Source: Candidatus Omnitrophota bacterium (GTDB lineage: Bacteria > Omnitrophota > Gorgyraeia > Zapsychrales > Fredricksoniimonadaceae). From it: a DNA stretch of 64,000 nt. A program made the translations under genes and the position numbers. The stretch is taken from positions 5,528-69,527 of the forward strand of contig CAJARJ010000021.1 in assembly GCA_903944345.1 (NCBI GenBank), given 5' to 3'. The notes under the pieces are model-generated. The model was not told the DNA's origin and did no database searches. It was given only the letters and a program-made list of their open reading frames with translations. How positions within the stretch are numbered: the stretch's first letter is position 1; each line of letters starts with the position of its first letter. Shown here one piece after another: positions 25,377-35,446 of this stretch.

Positions 25377-26350
25377 TTCTTGACGCTGCCGAAACGAGAA
25401 AAAGATTTTTGCTGCGCATGGCAGGCGTGCGCGATGGCAAGGCCTATATCGGTCCGGAGATTGTGCATTTGCATATGACCACCCGCTGTAATCTTTCTTG
25501 CGCCTATTGTTCGTATCACCCGCCGGGATATAAAATCGGTCCGGATCGCCCGATGGATTTTTCGTTGCCGCTTTTTTTGCGCCTGATCGATGAAGCCGTC
25601 AAGTTGCGGTCGAACGCGGTGTATTTGTCCGGGGAGGGTGAGCCGACCATGCATCCACATTTTCGAGAGATGATTTCCGCGCTGGAGAAGGCACCGATCG
25701 AGACGACTTTGTTTACAAATGCGACTTATGATCCCCGCCTTTCAGAGGAGTTGGTCAAGGCGGATCGGCTGATTGTTAATTTAAGTGCTGCTAATGCGAA
25801 GAGTTATCTTGAGATGCAGGGTCGGGATTTCTTTGAACGGGTGCTGGAGAATTTACGGATTCTGGTGCATTTACGCGATACGCAAAAGCCCGGCTTGAGG
25901 GTGGAGATTTCATTTATTTCCAACCGCAAGAATGCAGGAGAGCTTCAAGAGCTCCAGAGCCTGGGAAAGCGGCTCGGGGTTTGCGCTGTTAATGATATTC
26001 GGATGCTCCCGACACCGTACAGCGGGGAGCTTGGCCTTGATGTTGACCAGGAGCAGGAGTCTGTCCGGCCCAGGACGGCGTTTCCTTTGTGTTTTAACGG
26101 GTGGTTCTATTTTGTAGTTTCGGTCGATGGCAAAGTCAGTCTGTGTTGTTCGATCGACCGGATGGTGAAAGCTGATTTTCGCAAATCGTCGCTGGTCGAG
26201 ATCTGGAATTCGAAAGAATTCCAGGCCATGCGGGCGGGGGGAACCAGAGGAGTCTTTCATCAGGTTTTTCCGGAATGTCGAAATTGTTTTGCGGATGGGC
26301 GCAATCGCTCGGTTGCCAGAAACCTCGGGATTTTACCTGTATATGGATAA
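25373..26350 (+). CDS. Radical SAM / SPASM-domain protein
   Basis: HMTTRCNLSCAYCSY; SGEGEPTM SAM-binding block; C-terminal CFNGWFY...SLCCS...CRNC Cys pattern. Confidence 0.8.
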   Translation: MILDAAETRKRFLLRMAGVRDGKAYIGPEIVHLHMTTRCNLSCAYCSYHPPGYKIGPDRPMDFSLPLFLRLIDEAVKLRSNAVYLSGEGEPTMHPHFREMISALEKAPIETTLFTNATYDPRLSEELVKADRLIVNLSAANAKSYLEMQGRDFFERVLENLRILVHLRDTQKPGLRVEISFISNRKNAGELQELQSLGKRLGVCAVNDIRMLPTPYSGELGLDVDQEQESVRPRTAFPLCFNGWFYFVVSVDGKVSLCCSIDRMVKADFRKSSLVEIWNSKEFQAMRAGGTRGVFHQVFPECRNCFADGRNRSVARNLGILPVYG

Positions 26351-27344
26351 ACTGCAGCTTGACGGCATAACGATCGAGATTACTAACCATTGTCAGCTCA
26401 AATGTGCGATATGCGGTATCGGGGGCGAGGTTTCGCGCCAGCAGATTGCGGCGGATGATTTTGTGTTGATGATGGATCGTTTGCAGGAGCGCTTTGACCT
26501 GCAGTGGGTTTCCGTTACGGGAGGCGAGCCCTTTCTGCATCCGCAGCTGCGGGAAATCCTGAGATATCTGGCGCGGTTAAAATTGCAAAGAAGGCTGGAG
26601 TCTTTCGGTCTTTATACCAACGGAGTGGCAACCCAAAAAATTCAGACTCTGTTGGCACAGGATCGCAAGTTTCTGTCCGGCATGAGGATTGGTGTCAGCC
26701 TGGATGGGTTGCAGCGGGCGCATGACCGCAGGCGGGGCCGGGGGAGTTATTGTAAAACGATGGCGACCTTAAACTGGTTGTCGCGAGAATGTGCCGGTGT
26801 TTATGATCTGGAAGTCAAGTTTACTGTCGGGACAGATAATGTTGGCGAAATGCTTCATGTTTATCGCCTGGCAAATGCTCTTGGGGCCAGGTTTTCTCCC
26901 AAACTTCTGGAGAGCGGCGTGGGTGCTTATTATCATCGCCATGAAGATGGCTCAGGTCCGCTCGTGCTTCCCTGGGGCGACGAAGAGTGTTTGACTCAAA
27001 TTCGTAGTGTTATGCGTGAGGACATCGAGTCGCGCCGCAAGGCGGTGGATCTTAAGGCACTCAAGGTTTTGTTGTGCTTGGTGCGTGATGGAGAGAGGAT
27101 TATACGTCGTTGCCGGACACCGGAACGCTGTCTGTTTGTGACTTCTTGCGGAAAGGTGTATCCATGTCTGTATATGGCACCGGCGGGGACGATTTATTCG
27201 TCAGATTTTCCCGGCGAAGATTTTTTTAAGGAACGTCAAAAGCAGATTGCGACAGGGAAGAATGGAAAGTGTTCGCGCTGTTTTGCCTATCATGGTTTTA
27301 TGAAAGATTTTAATTTTGATCCTGATTTGGGCAATCTGCTTTAG
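26343..27344 (+). CDS. Radical SAM / SPASM-domain protein
   Basis: Start at the internal ATG at 26343, which overlaps the upstream stop by 8 nt. EITNHCQLKCAICGI; TGGEPFLH; C-terminal CLFVTSCGKVYPC...CSRCFAYHG. Confidence 0.8.
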   Translation: MDKLQLDGITIEITNHCQLKCAICGIGGEVSRQQIAADDFVLMMDRLQERFDLQWVSVTGGEPFLHPQLREILRYLARLKLQRRLESFGLYTNGVATQKIQTLLAQDRKFLSGMRIGVSLDGLQRAHDRRRGRGSYCKTMATLNWLSRECAGVYDLEVKFTVGTDNVGEMLHVYRLANALGARFSPKLLESGVGAYYHRHEDGSGPLVLPWGDEECLTQIRSVMREDIESRRKAVDLKALKVLLCLVRDGERIIRRCRTPERCLFVTSCGKVYPCLYMAPAGTIYSSDFPGEDFFKERQKQIATGKNGKCSRCFAYHGFMKDFNFDPDLGNLL

Positions 27345-27381
27345 CCGGGATGCTATGTCCGATGCATTCTGAGCTGGGGAA

Positions 27382-28584
27382 TTAAGGTTTCAGGATTTCG
27401 ATGGTGCGGGCTGTTCCGGTAAACCATTCTTGCGGCGGCGCGGGAAAGTTTCCAGGTTTTTCGCATTTCTCTCGTATTGCTGCTGCCAGTGTTGCGGGTT
27501 CCAGTTCGTGATAGTTAAGGACAGTGCTGTTGATCCGTTCCTTGAGTAACAGGGCCCGGGATTGCTGGTCGTTGGCGGGTTCATTCTGGGTTTTATTAAT
27601 ATATGGAACGATTATGCTTTGCGTTCCCGAGGTCAATAGTTGTACGGAAGTGTTGTAGCCGCACATGCTGATTGACAGCTGGCAGGAGCGCATGAGTTGA
27701 GCCAGTCCGGGGACGTGGTCAAAGAGGCGGATGCGGCTGCGATCCGATAAAGACAGGCAGGCCTCGAAGAGTTTTTTTTCTTCAGGGGTTGTTGAGGGAC
27801 CGCAGGCGATGGTCATGCGATACTTTTCACCCAGATGCTTGTGCGCCCGGATGGCACAGGCAATTATATTAGGGTAAACCGCCCCGCCCCCCCGGCTGAT
27901 AACAATATGATATGGTGCCGGATGCGGCCAATTAATGATTTGTGGCGGGCAGGGATCTTCAGCTGGAAGGACATAGCCGGTATAAGTGATTTTATCCCGG
28001 ATACGTTCAAAGAACTGGTCGTAGCCTGTCTGCAATTCGGGTTTTGCCAGAACTGTTCGAAGATAAGGATTTTCCAGTTGAGGAGGGGTGTGGATCAGCA
28101 ACTGGTCATAGAGGCCGATCAGGCGTATGGTCAGATCCATATCGCCCGACTTGGCCAGATTATAGATTTGAATCAGAAAAGGATAGCCGATACTGGCATA
28201 GATTTTTTTTCCGCATTGGCGTAGATGGCGTAAGGCCGGCAGCAGTTCCGGCGTGTAGTCCGCCCGTCCGAAAGGAAAAAATTCGGTTACGAAGATGTCA
28301 GGATTAACACTGCGGACTGTTTTCATAACGAACTCGCAGCGCAGGGGCAGAGATGTTGCGCTGCGCCCGCCGTGGAAGCTGAGTCGGGAATCGAATGGAT
28401 AAGGAATTGGGTGCAGGCCAACATTCTTTGGAAAGCGGATTGCGGGTTGCTCGGTTCCGGCCTGCAGAAGATGCACGCGGACTCCTGCCCGGGAGAGTCC
28501 ATGGCAGAGGGCGTGAACCCGGGTGCTGTGTCCCAGAGTGCCTTTGTGGGTGTAGTGAATCAGTACCGAGGGTTTCTTTTGCAT
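27382..28584 (-). CDS. GT1-family glycosyltransferase (MurG/MGT-like fold)
   Basis: Start placed at the internal M (MQKKPSVLIHYTHKGTLGHSTR), which gives the Gly/His-rich N-terminal loop typical of GT-B GT1 enzymes. The 448-aa track ORF would otherwise overlap the divergent CorC gene. Confidence 0.5.
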   Translation of the reverse strand: MQKKPSVLIHYTHKGTLGHSTRVHALCHGLSRAGVRVHLLQAGTEQPAIRFPKNVGLHPIPYPFDSRLSFHGGRSATSLPLRCEFVMKTVRSVNPDIFVTEFFPFGRADYTPELLPALRHLRQCGKKIYASIGYPFLIQIYNLAKSGDMDLTIRLIGLYDQLLIHTPPQLENPYLRTVLAKPELQTGYDQFFERIRDKITYTGYVLPAEDPCPPQIINWPHPAPYHIVISRGGGAVYPNIIACAIRAHKHLGEKYRMTIACGPSTTPEEKKLFEACLSLSDRSRIRLFDHVPGLAQLMRSCQLSISMCGYNTSVQLLTSGTQSIIVPYINKTQNEPANDQQSRALLLKERINSTVLNYHELEPATLAAAIREKCEKPGNFPAPPQEWFTGTARTIEILKP

Positions 28585-28707
28585 GTTATCGGAATGTTGA
28601 TTACAATGATGCAACAGCTTGCTGTACGAACGGTTTGATCGGAGCCCCCCGATAATTATAGAGCTTGAGTTTAATTCTATATATTTAGAACAAGGAACAT
28701 TGGAATC

Positions 28708-30042
28708 ATGATAAACAGTTTTGCGCAAATTGTCATAATCTTTTTGATGTTGTTGTTAAATGCCGTATTTGCTGCGTATGAAATGGCTCTGGCCTCTGTT
28801 TCCCAGTCCCGGCTTAACGCTTTATCTGCTCGTCAGGTCAAGGGCGGAGCGGAGGCCGCATTTATGAAGTCCAGGATTGAGGCCAGCCTGGCAGTTATCC
28901 AGATGGGGATTACCCTGGTGGCCGCGATTGCAGCGGCAACCGGGGGGTTGAGTGCAGTGGATTCTTTTGCTCCGTGGCTGGTGAAAGAGCTTGGCTGGCA
29001 CAAGACCCTGGCCGGAATGGTGGCGGTGATTATTGTTGTAATTCCCCTGAGCAGCGTAACGATTATTTTTGCCGAGCTGGTTCCCAAAATGCTTGCGCTT
29101 AACTATCGTGAGCGAGTGTGTTTGCGGCTGTCACCATTGATGAAAAGGCTTTTTCTTTTCTTGCATCCGGTGGTCAATGTATTTGAGCGGATTGTCAAAT
29201 GGCTGGTGCAGGCAGGAAGCAGACATTTCCCCGGACGTTCGTCTGCAGAAGAGTCCCCTGGACTGCATGAACTTCAGGCTGCTGCGGCTTTGGCGCGAAC
29301 GGCACGCCTGATCGGAGCACATCAGGAGAAAATTCTTTTGTCCGCGGCCCAGCTGTCTGCCCGGCAGGTGCGGGAGATACTTATCCCTTTATCGGAAGTG
29401 TCAACTATTCCGTCGACATTTACGCTCAGTCAGGCTTTGGTTCGGGCGCATCTGGATATGCACACCCGGTTTCCTGTCTGTCGGCAGGAAGGCGATTCTC
29501 AGAGTATCGACGGGTATGTGAATTTCAAGGATATTATTTCGGCCTTGCGCCTGAATCCGGAAGATCCTTCGGTTTGCGGGATTGTCCGGCCGCTCAAGAG
29601 CGTTGAGGCAGAACGCACCATTTCTGCGGTTCTGGAAATCATGATTCAGGAAAAGATGCACATTATTCTGGTTTGTTCGCGAGGTGGCCGGTATCTGGGA
29701 ATTGTGACGCTTGAGGATATTATTGAGGAATTGGTCGGAGAGATCGAGGATGAGTTTGATCGTCTGCCGGCCTATATTCATGCCTTTGCCGGAGGCTGGA
29801 TTGTTGGCGGGGGAACTTTAATGGAAAATATTTCCGGCGCGGCGGGTTTGTCCGGGACATTTCTCCCGGGAGAGCGCCTGGCCGATTGGTGTCTGCGACA
29901 GATCCCCGGAGGCAATCTTGAGGGTGGGCAGACGATCGAGGCCGATGGGTTGCGTGTAAGCTTGCGCAAGTTTCGCCGGCATAAGGTTAGTGAAGCGGCG
30001 ATTGCGCGGACACGTGAGGGAATAAAGGATGCACGGATGTAG
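28708..30042 (+). CDS. CorC/HlyC (TlyC) family transporter-like protein: DUF21/CNNM TM domain + CBS pair + CorC_HlyC domain
   Basis: N-terminal 4-TM DUF21 (AAYEMALASVSQSRL), a CBS-pair region (GIVTLEDIIEELVGEIEDEFD), and a C-terminal transporter-associated domain. Confidence 0.8.
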   Translation: MINSFAQIVIIFLMLLLNAVFAAYEMALASVSQSRLNALSARQVKGGAEAAFMKSRIEASLAVIQMGITLVAAIAAATGGLSAVDSFAPWLVKELGWHKTLAGMVAVIIVVIPLSSVTIIFAELVPKMLALNYRERVCLRLSPLMKRLFLFLHPVVNVFERIVKWLVQAGSRHFPGRSSAEESPGLHELQAAAALARTARLIGAHQEKILLSAAQLSARQVREILIPLSEVSTIPSTFTLSQALVRAHLDMHTRFPVCRQEGDSQSIDGYVNFKDIISALRLNPEDPSVCGIVRPLKSVEAERTISAVLEIMIQEKMHIILVCSRGGRYLGIVTLEDIIEELVGEIEDEFDRLPAYIHAFAGGWIVGGGTLMENISGAAGLSGTFLPGERLADWCLRQIPGGNLEGGQTIEADGLRVSLRKFRRHKVSEAAIARTREGIKDARM

Positions 30043-30107
30043 TTTGTCGCCGATCAGGGGCGGCTTTTTGTCTTGCAACTTTCCGGGGCATAAACAATAA
30101 TAGGCAG

Positions 30108-30827
30108 TTGCCGGTTGCTCCAGGTGCTTTATTGAAAGAGGTTGTTATGTTGCCAGATAAAGATGTGGTCGATCGCCTTGTCGACTTGAGGGCGGAACAG
30201 GAGCGCACCCTGTCGGCGCCCCCGTTGCGGGCAAATTTCTTTTTGCGATGCATGTTTTTGTCAGTCGATCTTGTTTATGGCAGGCAGCGTACGCTGGCTC
30301 GCTTTCTGGTTCTGGAAACATTGGCCAGTTGCTTTTACCAGACATTGGGAAAACTTGAGAGAGTGGAAGCTTTTCTTCTTCGCCCGGATGGAAAAAATTC
30401 CCGGGGACTCAGTGCCCGGAATTTGGTCGGCTGTATCCAGCTGGGAAGATCGGGAAGAGATCTTTCCCGCTGGCACTTTTTGCTGCTGACAGATCTTGTC
30501 CGGCAGCAGAAGATCAAGTTGGACAAGTTTCGTTATTCATTTCTTCCGGCGGTCATGGCGTTTAAGTATCGGTTATTCCTGAGTATTGTTTTCTGGCTTC
30601 ATCCGGACTGGCTTTTGGGTATGACGGCGTCTTTTGGGTCCTATCTTGAGCATCAGTATATGTTGCTGGCGCGCGAAAATTCCGGCTGGGATACCCAGGC
30701 GGTGCAAAGCCGCTGGTTTGAGTGTTACCCTGCACAGAGGACCCTCGGAGATCTGATTCGCCGGATTGCTCTGGATCAGAGGGAATTAATGCAGTCTTTC
30801 CTGAGAAGAGATGCAGACAAAACGTAG
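30108..30827 (+). CDS. Hypothetical protein, possibly a diiron-carboxylate alternative-oxidase/PTOX-like protein
   Basis: LETLAS and LEHQ (E..H) segments loosely resemble the AOX iron-binding motifs LET(V/I)A and ExxH. I did not find the NERMHL and RADE..H motifs cleanly. Confidence 0.25.
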   Translation: MPVAPGALLKEVVMLPDKDVVDRLVDLRAEQERTLSAPPLRANFFLRCMFLSVDLVYGRQRTLARFLVLETLASCFYQTLGKLERVEAFLLRPDGKNSRGLSARNLVGCIQLGRSGRDLSRWHFLLLTDLVRQQKIKLDKFRYSFLPAVMAFKYRLFLSIVFWLHPDWLLGMTASFGSYLEHQYMLLARENSGWDTQAVQSRWFECYPAQRTLGDLIRRIALDQRELMQSFLRRDADKT

Positions 30828-30909
30828 GCGTTAAAATTAAAGGTTGGTTTGGATTCCGGATTTTGAAAAGGAGTCTGGCGTAATCAGAGGTTAACAAAGG
30901 AGAAGGTGT

Positions 30910-32562
30910 ATGTTGTCTGACCGGATTAAAAAAGGATTGGAGCGGATGCCCAACCGGGCTCTTTTGTATGCGACAGGTCTGCATCGTTCGCATATGGATC
31001 GCCCGTTCATCGGAATTGCCTCTTCCTATACAGACATTATTCCCGGACATGTTCACATGCGTTCGCTGGAGCGCTATATTGAGCGCGGCGTCGAGAATGG
31101 GGGAGGGACTCCTTTTATTTTTGGTGTTCCGGGCATTTGCGACGGGATTGCCATGGGGCATTCCGGCATGCGCAATTCTCTTCCTTCCCGTGAAATTATT
31201 GCGGATGTCATCGAGAATGTGGCAGGAGCCAATGCTTTTGACGGGTTGATTTTGCTGACTAATTGCGACAAGATTACCCCGGGCATGATCATGGGGGCCT
31301 TGCGTCTTAATATTCCGGTCATTGTAATGACTGCCGGAGCAATGATGACCGGGCATCACAAAAAGCGTCGTCTGAATCTTATTACCGATACATTTGAGGC
31401 GGTAGGCCAGGTTAAGGCGGGGACGTTGACAGAAGAGGATCGGCAGGTTCTGGAGAAAGAGGCTTGTCCGACTTGCGGTTCTTGTCAGGGAATGTATACG
31501 GCCAATACGATGGCATGTTTGTCCGAGGCAATGGGGCTTTCTCTGCCCTATTGTGCCACAACGATGGCGGTGTTGTCCGAGAAGAGCCGGATTGCTTACG
31601 AGAGTGGACAGCGTGTGGTTGATCTGGTGCGAAAAGGTGTTCGGGTGCGCGACATCGTAACGCCCAAAGCACTTGAAAATGCGATCCGGGTTGATATGGC
31701 TTTGGGCGGGTCATCAAACACTGTTTTACATTTGATGGCTATTGCGCATGAAGCGCGGGCAGATATCTCTTTACGTGATTTTGACCGCCTCAGCAAGACC
31801 ACGCCACATTTGTGCAGCATGAATCCGGCGGGCAAATGGTATATGGAAGACCTGCATTACGCCGGAGGCATTCCTGCGGTTATGCGGATGATTGGCAAGA
31901 GTTTGCATGATTTGCCAACTGTCAGCGGGCGCTCAGTCTACGAGATTCTTTCGGCCGTTAAGTATTGTGATGCCGAGGTTATTCGCACTCCAGAGGATCC
32001 CGAGCATCAGCAGGGCGGATTGGCGGTTCTTTACGGCAATCTTGCCGAGGAGGGATGTGTGGTCAAGCAGTCGGCTGTGGAAACATCCATGTTGGCGTTC
32101 AGTGGTCAGGCGGTTGTTTTTAATTCGGAAGAAGACGCCATGGAGGCGATTTTGTCCGGTAAGATTGTCAAGGGATCAGTTGTTGTTGTGCGTTATGAAG
32201 GCCCTGCTGGCGGTCCGGGAATGCGTGAAATGCTAGGGCCCACAGCTGCGATTGCAGGCATGGGGCTGCACAAGGATGTGGCTCTTATTACCGATGGACG
32301 TTTTTCGGGGGGGACGAGGGGGCCCTGTATCGGGCATATTTCTCCCGAAGCGGCGGCCGGAGGACTTATTGCTTATCTAAAAGACGGAGATACTATAGAT
32401 CTGGATATTCCTGGTAACAAGATCAATGTGCGCCTGACCGATAACGAGATTGAGAAGCGCAAGAAAGAAATGACTTTGCTTGCTCCAAGGGTGTGTGAAG
32501 GTTTTCTTGGGCGCTATGCGCGTGCAGTCACATCTGCTTCGACTGGGGCGGTTTTACGTTAG
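30910..32562 (+). CDS. ilvD: Dihydroxy-acid dehydratase
   Basis: 550 aa; conserved blocks across the whole length, including CDGIAMGH and the Fe-S ligand region [18 protein letters not shown]. Confidence 0.95.
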   Translation: MLSDRIKKGLERMPNRALLYATGLHRSHMDRPFIGIASSYTDIIPGHVHMRSLERYIERGVENGGGTPFIFGVPGICDGIAMGHSGMRNSLPSREIIADVIENVAGANAFDGLILLTNCDKITPGMIMGALRLNIPVIVMTAGAMMTGHHKKRRLNLITDTFEAVGQVKAGTLTEEDRQVLEKEACPTCGSCQGMYTANTMACLSEAMGLSLPYCATTMAVLSEKSRIAYESGQRVVDLVRKGVRVRDIVTPKALENAIRVDMALGGSSNTVLHLMAIAHEARADISLRDFDRLSKTTPHLCSMNPAGKWYMEDLHYAGGIPAVMRMIGKSLHDLPTVSGRSVYEILSAVKYCDAEVIRTPEDPEHQQGGLAVLYGNLAEEGCVVKQSAVETSMLAFSGQAVVFNSEEDAMEAILSGKIVKGSVVVVRYEGPAGGPGMREMLGPTAAIAGMGLHKDVALITDGRFSGGTRGPCIGHISPEAAAGGLIAYLKDGDTIDLDIPGNKINVRLTDNEIEKRKKEMTLLAPRVCEGFLGRYARAVTSASTGAVLR

Positions 32563-32618
32563 TGTCGGATGATTTTTAGTTGGTTATTACGTTTATATAA
32601 AAGTAATTCAATTTATTG

Positions 32619-32650
32619 GCGGACACCCCGTTTTGAAGGGGGGAGTCCGC
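32619..32650 (+). terminator. GC-rich hairpin ~55 nt downstream of ilvD (candidate weak intrinsic terminator or RNA structure)
   Basis: GCGGACaCCCC-gttttgaa-GGGGggaGTCCGC: a 6+4 bp stem with one mismatch. No U-tract follows, so terminator function is uncertain. Confidence 0.25.
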
Positions 32651-32820
32651 AATGACTTATAGATGCTTATCATTGTCGCGCAACAACTTACAATCCTGAT
32701 AAAATCCGGACTAAGGAAGAGCTGCCTTGTTGCGCATTTTTTCTTTTTGAGCGATTTTTGGACACAAGCAGGCAGATTGGTTCTTGGTCAGGACCTCTTC
32801 GAAATCCTCCGAAAAACATA

Positions 32821-32848
32821 TTGACGTATGTTTGGGGTGGAGTATAAT
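32821..32848 (+). promoter_or_regulatory. Near-consensus sigma70-type promoter upstream of glgP
   Basis: TTGACG (32821-32826), 16-nt spacer, TATAAT (32843-32848), ~65 nt upstream of the glgP ATG at 32912, which has a GAAGGAGGAAGG RBS. Confidence 0.45.
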
Positions 32849-32911
32849 TCTTGATCGAGACGTAACTTATTTTTATCCAGGCGCTTATCGCATTTTCTGT
32901 GATCGGGTTTT

Positions 32912-35374
32912 TTGGTGTTCCCGAAGGAGGAAGGCATGTCGAAGTCCGAGGAAAAGAGTGGCTTACCCGCCGATATGAGCAAAGAGGATATCAAGCGTTG
33001 TTTTCAGGATATTCGGGCTCATTATCTTGCAAAAAATCAAGACAGCGCAACAACTTTAGACAATTTTCATGCCTTGGCCTTGACGGTGCGTCATCGCATT
33101 GTTGATCGCTGGATGCGCACCCAGAAAAGCTATCATGAGCGTAATGCAAGGCGGGTCTACTATTTGTCCATGGAATTCCTGATCGGGCGCCTCATGGGCA
33201 ATTATATGTTCAATCTTGGCAAGGAGAAAGATATTGAGGCGGCCTTGCGCGAGATGGATATAAGCTTGGATGATGTGCGTAACGAAGAGCTGGATGCCGG
33301 GCTCGGCAATGGCGGTCTTGGGCGTTTGGCGGCTTGTTTTCTGGATTCTATGGCGACGTTGCGTGTTCCGGCGTATGGGTACGGCATTCGATACGATTAC
33401 GGGATTTTTAATCAGAAGATACAGGATGGTAATCAATTCGAGCTGCCGGACGAATGGATGCGCAATGGCAATCCCTGGGAAATTCCCCGGCCCGAATATA
33501 CGGTCAAGATTAACTTCTACGGACGCATTGATCACTCTTCGCAATTCACTTCTCCTTGGGTTGATACTGAAGCCGTTCTGGCGGTTCCCTACGATATTCC
33601 AATTCCTGGTTACAAGAATGATGTGGTCAATACCTTGCGATTGTGGTCGGCTCGGGCAACTGATGAGTTTGAGTTCGATTATTTCAACCACGGTAATTAC
33701 GATCGGGCTGTTCAAAAGAAAATTCTTTCTGAAAGCATTTCCAAGGTGCTTTATCCGAACGACAACGTTAATCAGGGCAAGGAGTTGCGGCTCAAGCAGG
33801 AGTATTTCTTTACAGCGGCCGCTATTGCAGACATTATTCGTCGCCATAAGGTAGGCAAAAATGATATCCGCTCCTTGCATAACAAGGCTTGCATCCAGTT
33901 AAACGATACGCATCCTACGCTGGCTATTCTCGAGCTTATGCGGGTCTTGCTTGACCAGGAGGGACTCTCTTGGGAGGATGCCTGGAGTATTACCAGCCAG
34001 ACTTTTGCTTACACCAATCACACGCTTTTGCCCGAAGCGCTGGAATGTTGGACAGTTCCTTTGATGCAAACGGTGTTGCCGCGCCATCTTGAGATCGCTT
34101 ATGAAGTTAATGCGCGTTTCTTGGCGGATGTTGCCAGAAAATTTCCCGGAGATAATGCCCGTTCTATCCGCATGTCCGTCATTCAGGAGGGGGATATCAA
34201 GCGGGTGCGCATGGGGTTTCTGGCCATTATTGGAAGTTTTTCTGTGAACGGGGTTTCTGCCCTGCATTCGACTTTGCTTAAAACAGATTTGTTCAAAGAT
34301 TTTTATGAAATGTTCCCGGAGCGGTTTAACAACAAGACCAACGGGATAACTCCCAGGCGTTGGTTGTTAAAAGCCAATCCCCGCCTGGCAGACCTGATTA
34401 CGGAAACTGTGGGCGACAGATGGGTAACCGAGCTCGAAGATTTGCGCGGGCTTGAGCGGCATAAGGATAGTCGGGAGTTTCGCCGCCGCTGGCAGGCAAT
34501 CAAGCAGGCAAATAAGGTTGCTCTTTCCGAGTATGTTTTTCGCGCTATGGATGTACCGGTTGACCCCAATTCTCTTTTTGATGTTCAGGTCAAGCGAATA
34601 CACGAATACAAGAGACAGTTCCTTTTCGGGCTTTATATTATTTCCCAGTATTTGAGCATCAAGAACAATCCCGCTGCGTTTGTCCAGCCGCGTACTTTTA
34701 TAATCGGCGGCAAAGCGGCACCCGGGTATTATTTGGCAAAGCTGATCATCAAGTTCTTGAACAATGTGGCTATGGTTATTAATCAGGACAAGCCTGTGCG
34801 CGAGAAAATCCGTTTGGTGTTTCTGGAAAACTATCGAGTGTCGCTTGCCGAAAAAATCATGCCTGCGGCGGATCTTTCCGAGCAGATTTCCACGGCTGGC
34901 ATGGAAGCGTCGGGTACTGGTAATATGAAATTCATGCTGAACGGGGCGTTGACGATCGGAACTTATGACGGGGCCAATGTGGAGATGTCCGAGCAGCTTA
35001 ATGGCGAAGACATTTTTATTTTTGGCCTGAGGGCCGGTGAAGTGGCGGATTTACGTGCCAAGGGGTATAATCCCAGAGACTATATCAAGGCGTCGGCATC
35101 GCTGCGTGAAACTTTTCGTTTGCTGGAGAATGATTTCTTTTCCCCTGGGCAGCCAGGGCTTTTTGATCCTTTGCTGGATACTATCTATCATGGTGACCAT
35201 TTTATGGTGTGCGCGGATTATGACGCTTATTTAAAGGCGCAGGATGCCGTTTCGCGTGCTTATAGCGACCGCGATTCCTGGACAGGAAAAACAGTTGTGA
35301 ATGTCGCCCGTAGCGGATTTTTTTCCAGTGACCGCACTATTCGCGAGTATGCCAGGGAGATATGGCGTGTCTAG
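32912..35374 (+). CDS. glgP: Glycogen/maltodextrin phosphorylase
   Basis: 820 aa; PLP-lysine signature EASGTGNMKFMLNGALTIGTYDGANVEM; colinear with GlgP/MalP throughout. Confidence 0.95.
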   Translation: MVFPKEEGMSKSEEKSGLPADMSKEDIKRCFQDIRAHYLAKNQDSATTLDNFHALALTVRHRIVDRWMRTQKSYHERNARRVYYLSMEFLIGRLMGNYMFNLGKEKDIEAALREMDISLDDVRNEELDAGLGNGGLGRLAACFLDSMATLRVPAYGYGIRYDYGIFNQKIQDGNQFELPDEWMRNGNPWEIPRPEYTVKINFYGRIDHSSQFTSPWVDTEAVLAVPYDIPIPGYKNDVVNTLRLWSARATDEFEFDYFNHGNYDRAVQKKILSESISKVLYPNDNVNQGKELRLKQEYFFTAAAIADIIRRHKVGKNDIRSLHNKACIQLNDTHPTLAILELMRVLLDQEGLSWEDAWSITSQTFAYTNHTLLPEALECWTVPLMQTVLPRHLEIAYEVNARFLADVARKFPGDNARSIRMSVIQEGDIKRVRMGFLAIIGSFSVNGVSALHSTLLKTDLFKDFYEMFPERFNNKTNGITPRRWLLKANPRLADLITETVGDRWVTELEDLRGLERHKDSREFRRRWQAIKQANKVALSEYVFRAMDVPVDPNSLFDVQVKRIHEYKRQFLFGLYIISQYLSIKNNPAAFVQPRTFIIGGKAAPGYYLAKLIIKFLNNVAMVINQDKPVREKIRLVFLENYRVSLAEKIMPAADLSEQISTAGMEASGTGNMKFMLNGALTIGTYDGANVEMSEQLNGEDIFIFGLRAGEVADLRAKGYNPRDYIKASASLRETFRLLENDFFSPGQPGLFDPLLDTIYHGDHFMVCADYDAYLKAQDAVSRAYSDRDSWTGKTVVNVARSGFFSSDRTIREYAREIWRV

Positions 35375-35446
35375 AAATATCCGGTTCGCCCGCGAAGTTG
35401 GGGTGGCCTGTTCGGAAATAAAAAAACAGATCGTTAGCGCGTTCTA

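Noticed and set aside
30562-31359. 265-aa minus-strand ORF
   Set aside because: Overlaps the ilvD start region and the end of the AOX-like gene in antisense; no motifs.
33056-33880. 274-aa minus-strand ORF
   Set aside because: Antisense to glgP.
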